Source: Octopus vulgaris (taxonomy: Eukaryota). Taken from it: a stretch of 64,000 nucleotides of DNA. The translations under genes were made by a program, and so were the position numbers. Location of the stretch: positions 124,930,001 to 124,994,000 of the forward strand of contig OX597818.1 of the NCBI GenBank assembly GCA_951406725.2. The letters run 5' to 3'. Below are positions 39,133 through 52,667 of the stretch, piece by piece. The notes under the pieces were generated by a model. That model did not search any database, had not been told where the DNA came from, and saw only the letters and a program-made list of their open reading frames with translations. Position 1 is the stretch's first letter. Each line of letters opens with the position of its first letter.

Positions 39133-40325
39133 TCATCATCATCATCATCGTCGTTTAGCGTCCATTTTCCATGCTAGCATGGGTTGGACGGTTCTACTGG
39201 GGTCTGTGAAGCCAGAAGGCTTCATCAGGCCCAGTCAAATCTGGCAGTGTTTCTACGGCTGGATGCCCTTCCTAACGCCAACCACTCCGTGAGTGTAGTA
39301 GGTGCTTTTTACGTGCCACCCGCACAGGTGCCAGACAGAGCTGGCAAACGGCCACGAACGGATGGTGCTTTTTATGTGCCACCGGCACAAGGGCCAGGCG
39401 AGGCTGGCAACGGACACGATACGGGGCGGTGCTGGCAACGGTCGCGAAACGGAAGGTTATCTTACATGCCACCGGCACTGGTAACACATCTGCAATTTCC
39501 ATTGATCGATTTCCATTCTGATCCTCACTTGCCTCAACGGGTCTTCACAAGTAGAGTTTCGACATGCCACCGGCACTGGTAACACATCTGCAATTTCCTT
39601 TGATCGATTTCCATTTCTGATCCTCACTTGCCTCAACGGGTCTTCACAAGTAGAGTATCGACATGCCACCGGCACTGGTAACACATCTGCAATTTCCATT
39701 GATCGATTTCGATTCTGATCCTCACTTGCCTCAACAGGTCTTCACAAGTAGAGTTTTGTGTCCCAAGAAGGGAAGGTATGCATACGTAGGCTGGCTCCAT
39801 CCCAAGTAGAAGGCCACGGGTTATGGACTCACTTGTCCTGCTGGGTCTTCTCGCGCACAGCACACTTCCAGAGGACTCGGTCTCTAGTCATTTCCTCAGT
39901 GAGACCTAAAGTTCGAAGGTCGTGCTTCACCACCTCGTCCCAGGTTTTCCTGGGTCTGCCTCTTCCACAGGTTCCCTCAACCGCTAGGGTGTGGCACTTT
40001 TTCACACAACTATCTTCATCCATTCTCGCCACATGACCATACCAGCGCAATCGTCTCTCTTGCACACCACAACTGATGCTTCTTAGGTCCAGCTTTTCTC
40101 TCAAGGTACTTACACATCCATCGGAGCATACTGGCTTCATTTCTTGCGAGCTTACGCATATCCTCAGCAGTCACGGCCCATGTTTCACTGCCATGTAGCA
40201 TGGCTGTTCGTACACACGCATCATACAGTCTGCCTTTCACTCTGTGCGAGAGGCCTTTTGTCACCAGCAGAGGTAAGAGCTCTCTGAACTTTGCCCAAGC
40301 TATTCTTACTCTAGCAGTTACACTA
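39133..40325 (-). mobile_element. RTE LINE 3' fragment
   Basis: HGSETW and RRLRWYGHVARM...GRPRKTW motifs. The 3' UTR holds three ~94-bp tandem units (39465-39750). Confidence 0.9.
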
Positions 40326-40464
40326 TTAGTTATATATATTCCTTTATTCTTTTACTTGTTTTAGTCATTTGACTGCGACCATGCTGGAGCACTGCCTTAA
40401 AGGGTTTTAGTCAAACAAATCAACTCTGGGACTTATTCTTTGTAAACCTAATACTTATTCTATT

Positions 40465-40790
40465 CATGCGGGGACAGGATGCCAAATGCACTTTTGCCGA
40501 AGTACAAGAAATTGAGCCAAGAAGCTGAACAGACACAATGCTGAACGGACATAAACTGAATGGACATACAGCCAAACAGACACAATAATAAAAAAAAAAC
40601 ATTCCTACCTATATAGTTTAATGACCATTTTAGCCTGTCAAATGGTCATATTGTAAGAATAAAATGATTATTATATATTTTAATTTTCATATGTCTTTTT
40701 GGCATCTTGTCCGTTCGGCTTTATGTCTGTTCAGCTTCCTGGCTTTAGCTTCTTGTCTTTCAGCAAAACTGCATCCTGTCTGTGTATCAT
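40465..40790. mobile_element. MITE with subterminal repeats, nested in a family A SINE (40345-41060, -)
   Basis: gacaggatgc...gaagctgaacagaca is inverted as tgtctgttcagcttc...gcatcctgtc. The SINE continues on both sides and attctat is duplicated. Confidence 0.6.
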
Positions 40791-41282
40791 TCTATCAGTC
40801 TCTTTTGCCAAACCGCTTAGTTATGAGGACATAAACATACCAACATTAGTTGTCAAGCAATGGTGGGGGGGGGGGACAAAGACTCAAAGACACACACACA
40901 CAGGTATATACGATCTTCTTTCAGTTTCTGTCTACCAAATCTACTCATGACGCTTTGGTCAGCCCAAAGTTGAACTAGAAGACACTTGCCCCAAGGTGCC
41001 ATGTAGTAGGATTGAACCTGGAACCATGTGGTTGGGAAACAAGCTTCTTATCACACAGCCACACTTGAAACAATGAACAAAAGTATTGTCTGAAAGACAT
41101 TGACAAAACAGGTTACCGTTTCCATACATACAATGAAGATGACCACTGCACAAATAGAGTTAGATAATGCCCTAACTTGCATGTGAATGTATAATCATGC
41201 CTACATGAGGTTTATTTAATGTTACTGTATTGTTGTGGTAGAAAAGGGCATTCAAAAATTGTTATAAAAGAAAAGGGGTAAT

Positions 41283-41690
41283 ACTCTTTACTCTTTTACT
41301 TGTTTCAGTCATTTTGACTGCGGCCATGCTGGAGCACCGCCTTTTAGTCAAGCAAATCGACCCCGGGACTTATTCTTTGTAAGCCCAGTACTTATTCTAT
41401 CGGTCTCTTTCGACGAACCGCTAAGTGACGGGGACATAAACACACCAGCATCGGTTGTCAAGCAATGCTAGGGGGACAAACACAGACACACAAACACATA
41501 CACACACACATATATATATATACATATATACGACGGGCTTCTTTCAGTTTCCGTCTATCAAATCCACTCACAAGGCATTGGTCGGCCCGGGGCTATAGCA
41601 GAAGACACTTGCCCAAGATGCCACGCAGTGGTACTGAACCCGGAACCATGTGGTTGGTTAGCAAGCTACTTACCACACAGCCACTCCTGT
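41283..41690 (-). mobile_element. CORE-type SINE (family A)
   Basis: Full-length reverse copy. Confidence 0.85.
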
Positions 41691-41863
41691 AGTTTAAAAA
41701 GTTTGAGAAGCACTGAGTCTGTTGAACAACTTCATGCATTTGTAACCTTTATTTGAAAAGTATGAGTAAAATCTAACTATTATTATTATTAATTATTATT
41801 AATTATTATTATTAATAATATTTGATATTAATTTTTTTTTTTTTTTTCAGATATTGAGTCACA

Positions 41864-42874
41864 ATGAGCAAACGTAAAAATCCTAATACCGAGAATCTGA
41901 ATTCAGATTTCTGTGACTTTCTGATGGAGCTTGCCAATTATGAGAAGAATGTTACACGTGCCCTGCACAAGTACAATGTCTATCGAAAAGCTGCTGGTCT
42001 TCTTGCTAAACATCCTACGAGGATTAAGAGTGGAGAAGAAGCAAAGAGACTGAATGGTATTGGAGATAAAATTGCTAAAAAAATTGATGAATTCATTCGT
42101 ACGGGGCAACTTGAGAAGTTGAATAAAATCAGAGCTGATGACACCAGCATGGCAATCAATGAGTTGACCAAAGTATCTGGAATAGGTCCAGCTGCAGCAG
42201 CAAACTTTGCCAAAGATGGCATAAAAGATATCGAAGACCTCAGGAAGATCACTGATAAACTGAACCATCATCAGAAAATTGGTGTGAAACATTTTGAAGA
42301 CTTTGAACTGAGAATTCCTCGTGAAGAAATAACCAGTTTACGAGACGTAATATTGGCAGGGATCCAAAAAGTCGACTCCAAATACACAGCTAAAGTTTGT
42401 GGAAGTTACAGAAGAGGGGCCACTTCTTCTGGAGATATTGACGTTTTGTTAACACATCCAGATTACGTCGCTACAGATAAGAAGAAACCCGAGTTGCTGA
42501 AGGCAGTGGTAAAACATCTCACTGATAAAGGTTTGGTAACCGACACTATCTCTATGGGGGACTCGAAGTTTATGGGGGTATGTCGGCTTCCAGAGGACGA
42601 CAAAGCAATCAAGCGACGTTACCGAAGATTTGATCTCCGTTTGATCCCCCACGACCAGTATTATTGTGCGCTACTTTATTTCACCGGCAGTGATATGTTT
42701 AATAAAGACATGCGAGGTCGTGCTTTGGAAAATGGGTTTACACTTAATGAATACTGCATTCGGCCAATGGGGAGTACAGGGATTCCAGGTGAATCTCTGC
42801 CTGTGACTTCCGAAGAAGATATCTTTGATTATATTGGAATGAGATTTAAGAAACCATCAGAACGTAATTTATAA
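41864..42874 (+). CDS. POLB: DNA polymerase beta (X family), single coding exon
   Basis: 336 aa. N-terminus MSKRK, lyase Hh[31 protein letters not shown] (D190/D192 equivalents), RRFDLR (D256), YFTGS, FNKDMR and TLNEY. Acceptor poly-T-CAG ends at 41850; AATAAA at 43087. Confidence 0.97.
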   Translation: MSKRKNPNTENLNSDFCDFLMELANYEKNVTRALHKYNVYRKAAGLLAKHPTRIKSGEEAKRLNGIGDKIAKKIDEFIRTGQLEKLNKIRADDTSMAINELTKVSGIGPAAAANFAKDGIKDIEDLRKITDKLNHHQKIGVKHFEDFELRIPREEITSLRDVILAGIQKVDSKYTAKVCGSYRRGATSSGDIDVLLTHPDYVATDKKKPELLKAVVKHLTDKGLVTDTISMGDSKFMGVCRLPEDDKAIKRRYRRFDLRLIPHDQYYCALLYFTGSDMFNKDMRGRALENGFTLNEYCIRPMGSTGIPGESLPVTSEEDIFDYIGMRFKKPSERNL

Positions 42875-43854
42875 GTCATTGTAAGGATTTATTTTGTACA
42901 CGATCATTTCATTAATTACTGATTTCTATTAATGAAGCTAGTTATTACAATCAGTTATTTTATCAGTTATTATGAATTGTTATCAATCCACCAATAACTG
43001 ATCGTGTGACTCGAATACATAATCAATGAAATTTTCATTCTATTTATTTAATTATTTATTAATTAATCGATTGATTGATTTCATCTAATAAAATCATTTA
43101 TCATCATTGTGCTATCTTGTGTCTGTTTTCTTTGTCAGTAACTACCTGGTTTCTTGTCTCCTTGAGAGAACAACATGACACTGTGGCATATGAGCCCCAA
43201 AGGACTTACTAGAAATAACAGCCAAATCTTGGTCTTATCACACTGTACCGTCTCAGGAAAGAGAGGAATCTGAAAAAAAAAGGGAAAAAGGAAAGGATAG
43301 ACATGCCTTCTGACCATAAGCCTACTTGATCAGAGCTGAACTGAGGGTAAACAGCAACACAATGACATTGCTAGACAAATCGTTAGAACTAGTAGAATGT
43401 TGGTATTTGATTAGCTCCTTCAACATTTTTTAGTTTCAAATTCTACGGGGAATGAATTTGTTTTTCTTCTGACGTTTTATTTTAATAAAAAAAAAAAAAA
43501 AACTTATTTGATATTAAAGATGAAATGTCAGCTTTTATGACTTTTCTTTTCAAGCTGGTGTGGTGATGAGAAAATGTTCTCAATAAAAACTCTGAATAAA
43601 CCTGATAGTGGTGTTAAACAAGATGATGGGTTAAGTCTGCCCCCAAACTGGATTGGTCCGTTTAATGAGTTGATGAAATAAAACACGCATGCATGTATGC
43701 ATGCACAGACACACACATTCTAGATTGCTTGCAACAGAAGGCCATTAGACTGATTAGCAATGGTTCACTCAACAACATACTCTTATTTCATCTAGCATCA
43801 CTACAACTATCTCTATTCCTCAGAACAAGGCTGAGAATGCAAGGTACCCCATAG

Positions 43855-44280
43855 ATGCAGGCATGGCTGTGTGGTAAGAAGCTTGCTTCCCAACCATATG
43901 GTTCTGGGTTCAGTCCCACCGCATGGTGCCTTGGACAAGTGTCTCCTAATATAGCCTAACCTTGGGCCAACCAAAGGCTTGTGAATGGATTTGGTAGATG
44001 GAAACTGAAAGAAGCCTATGCTATATATATATATATATATGTAAATAACAAAGTAGGGATTTATGTGTGAGGGTGTCTGTGTTTGTCCCCCTGCCATTTC
44101 TTGACAACTGATGCTGATGTGTTTATGTCCCGGTAACTCAGCAGTTTGGTAAAAGAGACCGATAGAATGAGTACTAGGCTTACAAAGAATAAGTACTGGG
44201 GTCAATTTCTTTGAGTAAAACCCTTTAAGGTGATGCCCCAGCACGGCTCTACAGTCAAATGGCTGAAACAAATAAAAAGG
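43855..44280 (+). mobile_element. CORE-type SINE (family A, older subfamily)
   Basis: Colinear with 2436-2850. Confidence 0.8.
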
Positions 44281-45091
44281 AAAAAAAAGAAACAGAATTG
44301 AACAGAACACCAGTCTATTGCAGGGTTAACTCTAGATGTCACTGCTGCTAATTTTCAGTTGAGAATACCGGAGCAATGTTAATACCTCCCTCATCCAACC
44401 CCACCCATTAGCCTTTTTCATGTTATTGCTGTTGAACCTTATATCCCAGACCTTGCACTGCATCAAGCACCTTTTTCCTAAAACTACTACCCACTAGAAT
44501 TATCTACCTGTTCAAACATTGACTTACAAGTGTTCAAATGACTGTGCTGGTTATGCATGGATGAGGATAGCTGTGTGAAGAAGTGCCACTCCCTAACAGT
44601 GGAAGGAACCTGTGGAAGAGATAGACCCAGGAAGGCATGGGATGAGATGGTAAAGCATGACCTTCAAACACTGGGCCTCACAGAGGCAATGACAGGAGAC
44701 CGAGACCTTTGGAGATATGCTGTGATTGAGAAAACCCGGCAACTAAAGGGCATGACTGTATGGATAGGTGTAAGCACGGCTGTTTGGTTTAGAAGTTCAT
44801 TTCTGAACAATATGGTTTGTGGTTCAGTCCCACCACATGGCACATCGTCATCATCATCATCATTTAACGTCTGTTTTCCATGCTGGCATGGGTTGGACGA
44901 TTTGACTGAGGTCTGGAGAGCCAGCGGCTGCACCAGGCTCCAGTCTGATCTGGCATTGTTTCTACAGCTGGATGCCCTTCCTAATGCCATCCATATCCAG
45001 CCTGTCACACCTTTCCTACAGTGTTATTCTAAACATTAACAATCATGTCATCGAAATCTCAAGGTTATGAGATAATACATGATTAATTTAA

Positions 45092-45305
45092 CCCTTTAGT
45101 GTTCAGATTATTCTCTCAAATGTGATGTTTGTTTATTTATATTGTTTTGAATTAATCATGCATTATCTTGTAGTTTAGAGATTTCAGTGATGTGGTTTTT
45201 TTTTTAGTTTTAGAATGACATGGTAGGGCTGAGGTAAGAGGCAATCTCTGGTCAGTTTCAATATAAAACAGGTTAAATATTCTGGCTGGTTTGAATGCTA
45301 AAGGG
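45092..45305. mobile_element. piggyBac-type MITE
   Basis: TTAA|ccctttag...ctaaaggg|TTAA. The same family occurs at 61162-61380. Confidence 0.8.
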
Positions 45306-46368
45306 TTAAAACAATATGAATAAATAAAAATAAGATTTAACAAAGTAATCTGAATGGTAAAGAGTTTAAAGCAATGTTGTTCATTTCTAATCTATGGAAA
45401 CATGTCTGGACATGGGGAAATATGCTACTTGGAAATAGGTGAGGATTGATGACAGAAAGGGCATCTATCATCATCATCATCATCATCATCATTGTCATTT
45501 AACGTCTGTTAGATGGTTTGACCGGAGCTGGTAAGCCAGAGAGCTGTACCAGGTGCCAGTCTGTTTTGTCTTGGTTTCACTAACACCAACTGCTCTACAG
45601 AGTGTCCTGGGTGTCTTTTACATGCTAACTAGCATAGGTGTCTTTTATGTGCTACCAGCACTGCTCACAGCCATCATTTCATTTAGTTTAACACAGCAAA
45701 TCGCCAGAAGTTTCTGTCACTTGTTATTGCCTCTGTGAGACTCAACAACTCAGGCTAAAGACAGAGGGGACAAACAAGGACAGACAAAGGGCTTAAGTCG
45801 GTTACATCGACCCCAGTGCGTAACTGGTACTTAATTTATCGACCCCAAAAGGATGAAAGGCAAAGTCGACTTCGGCGGAATTTGAACTCAGAACGTAACG
45901 GCAGCCGAAATACCTATTTCTTTACTACCCACAAGGGACTAAACACAGAGGGGACAAACAAGGACAGACAAAGGGCTTAAGTCGGTTACATCGACCTCAC
46001 CCCACGTCTTCCTGGGTCTACCTTTTCTACAGGTTCTGTCCACAATTAGAGATCACCACTTCCTTATGCAGCTGTCCTCACCCATATGCATCACATGACC
46101 ATACCAGTGCAGCCTTTTCTCTCTTGCACACTACATCTGATGCATAGAAAATCTGTTTCACCAAATTCCACCGATCATCTAAGCATGGTAAAGTGGACAG
46201 TAAAATAATGATGATGTTTAAACTTTGCCCCACAGATAATCAAACTGGACAACAACCACATTAATATTACCAGTTTGAGGAAGTTGGTAAAGTTTTTGGG
46301 TTTTGTCCCTCCTCTAACTAGCTTATAAAAAAAATAACTAAAAAATACATGGCAGCAGCTGCATTATT

Positions 46369-47150
46369 TATTTCTTTATTGCCCACAGGGGGCTAAACAC
46401 AGAGGGGACAAACAAGGATAGACAAAGGGCTTAAGTCGGTTACATCGACCCCAGTGTGTAACTGGTACTTAATTTATCGACCCCAAAAGGACGAAAGGCA
46501 AAGTCGACCTTGGCGGAATTTGAACTCAGAACGTAACGGCAGCCGAAATACCTATTTCTTTACTACTCACAAGGGGCTAAACACAGAGGGGACAAACAAG
46601 AACAGACAAAGGGCTTAAGTCGGTTACATTGACCCCAATGCGTAACTGGTACTTAATTTAACGACCCCAAAAGGACGAAAGGCAAAGTCGACCTCGGCAG
46701 AATTTGAACTCAGAATGTAACGACAGACGAAATACCTATTTCTTTACTACCCACAAGGGACTAAACACAGAGGGGACAAACAAGAACAGACAAAGGGCTT
46801 AAGTCGGTTACATTGACCCCAATGCGTAACTGGTACTTAATTTAACGACCCCAAAAGAACGAAAGGCAAAGTTGACCTCGGCGGAATTTGAACTCAGAAC
46901 GTAACGGCAGCCGAAATACCTATTTCTTTACTACCCACAAGGGACTAAATACAGAGGGGACAAACAAGGACAGACAAAGGGCTTAAGTCGGTTACATCGA
47001 CCCCAGTGCGTAACATACTTAATTTATCGACCCCAAAAGGATGAAAGGCAAAGTTGACCTTGGCGGAATTTGAACTCAGAACGTAACGACAGACGAAATA
47101 CTGCTAAGCATTTCCCCCGACTTGCTAATGATTCTGCCAGCTCGCCACCC
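46369..47150 (-). mobile_element. Tetrameric family B SINE (four ~183-bp units, one head)
   Basis: Units repeat every ~183 bp. The whole array is flanked by TSD ggcagcagctgc(a/t)ttatt (46351-46368, 47154-47171). Confidence 0.85.
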
Positions 47151-48876
47151 TCAGGCAGCAGCTGCTTTATTATAACAAGGTGGGTTTCACTCTTGTTCAA
47201 TAAGCCAAGAGACCATCCATACAGCTTGACTGAACAAAATTTCAGTACTCCAATGTAGATCTCATGTCACCTTTTGCAGAGGATTGGCAAAGGATTTAAC
47301 CCTTTTGTTACCAACCTGGCTGAAACCGGCTCTGGTTCTGTAGTAGAAATGTCTTGTTTTTAAAAGTTCTGAATTAAAATCTTCCACCAAACCTTAGTCA
47401 CAATTTATGTTCCTAACACTAGCTTTAATTATAACGAAGTTATTTTACTAAATACTTTGTTATACTTAAAAATAATTCAAAGAAACACAGAGCATCTCAA
47501 AATAAATATGATAATGAAAGAGTCAAGTTTTGGAGAGGTAAGTGGGAAGTTAAAAGAGAGAGGAAATTTTTGCAGTGTGAAGTTGAACTCTTTCTTTAGT
47601 TATAGTTTGGAGAGGGTTAGCTGAGCTAGCCTGACATGCCTAAAGACAGTTTCAATAACATCCATCATCACCATCATTTAGCATCCATTTTCCATGCTGG
47701 CATGGGTTAAATGGTTTGACTGGGACTGATAAGCCAGAGAACTGTACCAGGCTCCAGTCTGTTTTGGCTTGTTTTCTATGGCTGGATGCTTTTCCTAATG
47801 CCAACCTCTCTAAGAGTGTAGTGGGTACCCTTTATGTGTCACTGGCACTGGTCCCAACTATGATTTCACTTGGCTTAAAATGTCTTCTCAAGCGCAGCAA
47901 TCACCAAGTCTCAATCACTTGTCATTTTATCCAGAAGATTCAACTTGCAGAGATCATATTTCACCACCTCATCCCATGTCTTTCTGGGCCTACTTCTTCT
48001 ACAGGTTCCCTCTACAGTTAGAAATAGGCACTCTTTTATGCAGCTGTCCTCATCCATAATTGATTATGGGACTCACAGATTTTCACTGTAAACCAGATAT
48101 AATTCCTGATACTTAAGCTACAGTGTGCAATACCAAGTGGTTGAGCCCCTATGTGATCATTTGCGATGCTAAAAATAGCAGTTCAATTTTCATCAAATCT
48201 TGCAAAACAAGAAGGATAATGTAGACATTCATATATACAAAACGACTGGATGATTATGGCAGGAATTCTTTTGACCATGTGCCTACATGATGTGGTCGAC
48301 CTAGTCTAAACAACAGCAATAATGATCTCGGTAGATAAGAGTGAGAATTAAGTGTCTTGGTTATAGACAGAGCAATTTTGATTGGTTGTATAGCATGCTA
48401 TCAACTCTGCTATTTACAACTCTCCAATATGTATATCCTGTTTCATATGTTGATTGTGTCATTCACTGAAAGAATGAAGTTATTGATTACAGAGAATAGT
48501 GGTAAATACATTAGGATTTATATCATTCTGGCTTTTCCAGGCTGCACTAGCTACAACAGGATGTAGACTATGGTTGTAGGTTCAGTATCTTGCACTCACT
48601 ATTTTGTATCATAGCAGGAAATTGGCAAAGTCTGTAGGATGTCAGTTGAATGTTATTCAGTACGTTTTCAACTCCTTGTGTTTTGAGTTCAAATTTTGTT
48701 GAGATCAGTTTTGCTTTTTATTCTTTCTGAGTCAATAAAATACAAAAATCCAGGACTGTTGAGTGGTGAAACTGCTAGAATGTAGTACGAGATGGCTTGC
48801 AGTATTTAATACAGCTCTTTGTGTTCTGATGGCTGTACTTACAATGACACTGGTGCCAAGCTGTATCACTGCTTAC

Positions 48877-49110
48877 CTATTTCTTTACTACCCACAAGGG
48901 GCTAAACACAGAGGGGACAAACAAGGACAGACAGATGGATTAAGTCGATTATATCGACCCCAGTGCGTAACTGGTGCTTAATTTATCGACCCCGAAAGGA
49001 TGAAAGGCAAAGTTGACCTCGGCGGAATTTGAACTCAGAATGTAACAGCAGACGAAATACCGCTAAGCATTTCGCCTGGCGTGCTAACGATTCTGCCAGC
49101 TCACCGCCTT
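48877..49110 (-). mobile_element. Full-length family B SINE
   Basis: tRNA head, ctttcatcctttcggggtcgataaattaag domain and TSD actgcttacc. Confidence 0.85.
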
Positions 49111-49485
49111 ACTGCTTACCTGTCCATTGGACCTTTCTTCATGGTGTCACAAGAGAAGACATGTATGCATGAGCAATGACTGGACTTAGAAAAACACCTT
49201 GTTGAATTTGCATCTTTGAGAGGAACTCCCATTTTAAGATATTCATTATTTGTCATAGCCAAAGGAGGCCCTAGATTTTGTACCATTGTGTTTTTGAAAT
49301 AATACCATGCAACCTTTCAGAATGTTGGTAGCTTGCTAACCAACCACATGGTTCTGGGTTCAGTTTCACTGCGTGGCATCTTGAGCAAGTGTCTTCTGCT
49401 ATAGCCCCAGGCCGACCAATGCCTTGTGAGTGGATTTGGTAGACGGAAACTGAAAGAAGCCTGTCGTATATATGTATATATATAT

Positions 49486-50286
49486 GTATGTTTAGGAAGC
49501 TGCTAGGGGGAAATATATAGCAGCTATTAATGGTCAAGCAGCTGAAGAAAAGCCTGTGTCTGTGTGTTCGTCTGTGACCAGTTTATAGAGAGATGGCTTG
49601 TCAACAATGGGAGTATACATCCCTGATAGTATTTCTAAATAAGTAGCAGTTCATACGGTAAAAGGGGAGTAATTTCCCCTTACAAATTTAATTCAAAATT
49701 TTTTACAAAATTTTTTTCCTTTTCTTAGGACACACAGACGAACACACAGACACAGGCTTTTCTTCAGCTGCTTGACCATTAATAGCTGCTATATATTTCC
49801 CCCTAGCAGCTTCCTAAACATACTGCCACACATACATAGGCGTACACACACATACATGTAGGCAATTTCTCACACCCAAACATGATAGCCCTCATTCTTA
49901 AAACAATTTGAATATTAACACTAGTCATACAGAATATATTCACACTCTTTGGTTTTCTGTAATTCTTCCCCTCCCCTATGTTAACCGGATTTTGACCTCG
50001 AATTATCTCAACGGACTTTTTCGTTGACTTTCACCCAGCCCGACGTCAACGCATTTTGAGAGACAGTTTTGTGCCATTCATACCATGGGCTCCTAGAGAG
50101 CGTTTGTCGAAAAGCTTGCTGTGCATTTTGTTGGAGATTTAAGTTCCTGGATTTTTCTGAAGAGAAAGCTGCAAAATGGTCTCCTGATTCAATCCGAATT
50201 AGGGACTTTGCAGCCTTTGAAACATATGTAGAAAATAATAAAAAGGAATTTTGTAAAATCGTCGTTCAGCTCCATTCTTCCCTCAC

Positions 50287-50290
<4 letters not shown>
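49486..50290 (+). mobile_element. Penelope-like terminal element with 5' inversion, inserted in the (TA)n of a family A SINE
   Basis: ~90-bp inverted arms 49486-49577 / 49733-49822 and a hammerhead near the 3' end. SINE halves at 49328-49480 and 50367-50583. Confidence 0.7.
50151..50236 (+). ncRNA. Type I hammerhead ribozyme with extended stem II
   Basis: attttt CTGAAGA gaaagctgcaaa...tttgcagccttt GAA ACATATGT A gaaaat. Cleavage triplet GUA ending at 50230. Confidence 0.8.
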
Positions 50291-50383
<93 letters not shown>

Positions 50384-50719
50384 CTGTGTTTGTCCCCCTA
50401 GCATTGCTTGACAACCGATGCTAGTTTGTTTACGTCCCCGTCACTTAGCGGTTCGGCAAAAGAGACTGATAGAATAAGTACTGGGCTTACAAAGAATAAG
50501 TCCCGGGGTCGATTTGCTTGACTAAAGGCGGTGCTCCAGCATGGCCGCAGTCAAATGACTGAAACAAGTAAAAGAGTAAAGAGTATGACTATAATTATTG
50601 AAGGATGGATATATTGGCATGAAACTGGCAAAATCATTGCAGTGTCAGACAAAAGTACTTTACAGTGTTTGTACTTATGTTCTGAGTACAGTGTTTGTAT
50701 TTATGTTCTATGTTCTAAG

Positions 50720-52290
50720 GCAGTGTCTGCCAAACTTTTTTACCTTATGACTCACTGGGCAAGGAGAATTTATTTTGCAGTACACCAAATAAAAATTCCA
50801 ACAAAATTGAATACACTCTATTAGTATGAATAGAAATGAATAAATTCTTATTATAGTAACAATAAAATAACATTGTTTTAGGAACATATAATATATATAT
50901 ATATATATATATAGTCAAAGTAAGCAACAAGAATATCTTCGGTAATTTGGTATGATCGTTTCACACTACATCATTATATTAAACATTTTAAGTATTACAT
51001 CAGTTTTAGAATGTTGAGCAAAACTGATGTAATACTTACAATGTTTAATAAAATGATGTACTATAAAACGATTGTTCCAAATTACCGAAGATATTCTTGT
51101 TGCTTACTTTGATTATAATCACCTCATGGATTTATATGGATAACACCGTACAAAATTCTGGTGCATCTGTCTTAAGTACCATATTCATTTGAATCTAAAT
51201 TTTGCTGAACTTATATATATATATATATATAGGTAATATAATACAATAATGTTTTTAGTGAGAGGAGTGCAATTGATTTTGAGAAAGAATTTTGTCAAAA
51301 CATGGCTCTAAATTAGATAAACAAATATGTAACTCCTCATCTACCATCTGTAATCGTTTCTGTTTTTTTGACTTCATTACCATATGCATAGTGATACCAA
51401 TTTTGCAAAGATAGGATGATCTAAAGAGCAACAGAGATTTAATGACTGTAATAGCTTATCGAGGATATTAGCTCCAAAGTGAAATCCAAAATTCTGACCC
51501 CAGGGCAGCGAGCTGGCAGAAACGTTAGCACGCCGGGCGAAATGCATAACCGTATTTCGTCTGCCGTTACGTTCCGAGTTCAAATTCAGCCGAGGTCGAC
51601 TTTGCCTTTCATCCTTTCGGGGTCGATAAATAAAGTACCATCTTCGCACTGGGGTCGATGTAATCGACTTAATCCCTTTGTCTGTCCTTGTTTGTCCGCT
51701 CTATGTTTAGCCCCTTGCGGGCAGTAAAGAAATAAATTCTAGCACAGAAAATGATGCTTTGTGCACAGGATCGTTTTTCAAGACTATTAGATTTTCTTCT
51801 TCTGTTAATGTTAATGTCAGGTGTGTACTGTTGTATCTTGTGAAAGGATTGATGACCCACTAGTACATTTCATAATCAAGTGATGAAAAATACTTAGAAA
51901 ATGATGCAGAGGTTTTCTACTGTTTTCTGCAATTCTGACAACATTTTAAATTTGTTTGGAAAAGCCTCTATGCCTGAGAAGCAATCAAGCTGTGAGTTTT
52001 TAACTTTCCTTATCCACAGTCCTAACTTGGTGAAAGACTTTAATTTGCCTGTAATTGTAATAATAATTTTGTTCGCTCCTTGCAGGCTCAAATTTAAAAC
52101 GTTCAACTTCTCAAAAGCATTGTTGAGTAATGCCTCTTCCAGCCACCAATTATCATCATTAAGAAATTCAAATCCAGAATTTTCAGCTTCGATAAAACAT
52201 ATTATTTCAGTTTGCAAAGAGATAAATTGAGAGGGCACTTTTCCTCTTGAGAGCCATCGCACTTTTGTATGAAGCAGTTAACACTTAAAA
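50720..52290 (-). pseudogene. hAT (Buster/Charlie-like) transposase remnant with nested insertions
   Basis: LLHTKVRWLSRGKV, EKLNVLNLSLQG, dimerisation-like LLFRSSYLC, C-terminal LHSSH*, and a cagtg terminus at 50720. Interrupted by a family B SINE (51503-51733) and a fold-back element. Confidence 0.8.
50911..51211 (+). mobile_element. TA-flanked fold-back element (family H2)
   Basis: Arms 50911-51006 / 51020-51116. Homologous to 61735-62005 (attcttgttgct, ctggtgcatct, taagtacc). Confidence 0.7.
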
Positions 52291-52329
52291 TCAATAGTGA
52301 AGTACCCAAAAGGCTAATACATAAATGCT

Positions 52330-52600
52330 TACAATTGCAATGCAATTAGTTCATTTATTGTATTAGATGGGCGAAGGTAAAATGTTTTACCTCAAAATCA
52401 TAATACAAAATAAGAAAATGGAGGAATAGATTCCTTTCAATCATCAACTTACAGATAATACCAATTCATATAATTATTGATGTATATTGTTTTATTCTGT
52501 TGGATTTGGATGTTCCTATTTAATTAGTTAATAAATTATATGAATTTGTATTATCTGTAAGTTGATGATTAAAAGGAATCTGTTCCTCCATTTTCTTATT

Positions 52601-52602
<2 letters not shown>
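52330..52602. mobile_element. TA-flanked fold-back element
   Basis: Arms 52408-52475 / 52533-52600, adjacent to (TA)n. Confidence 0.6.
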
Positions 52603-52641
<39 letters not shown>

Positions 52642-52667
52642 GTAATATGTGACAATCATTCTGCAGC

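Noticed and set aside
41903-42652. Minus-strand ORFs overlapping POLB
   Set aside because: Antisense shadows of the real CDS.
43484-43502. AATAAA plus A-run as the poly(A) tail of a POLB retrocopy
   Set aside because: Lies in what looks like decayed SINE sequence 600 bp downstream, with no matching TSD.
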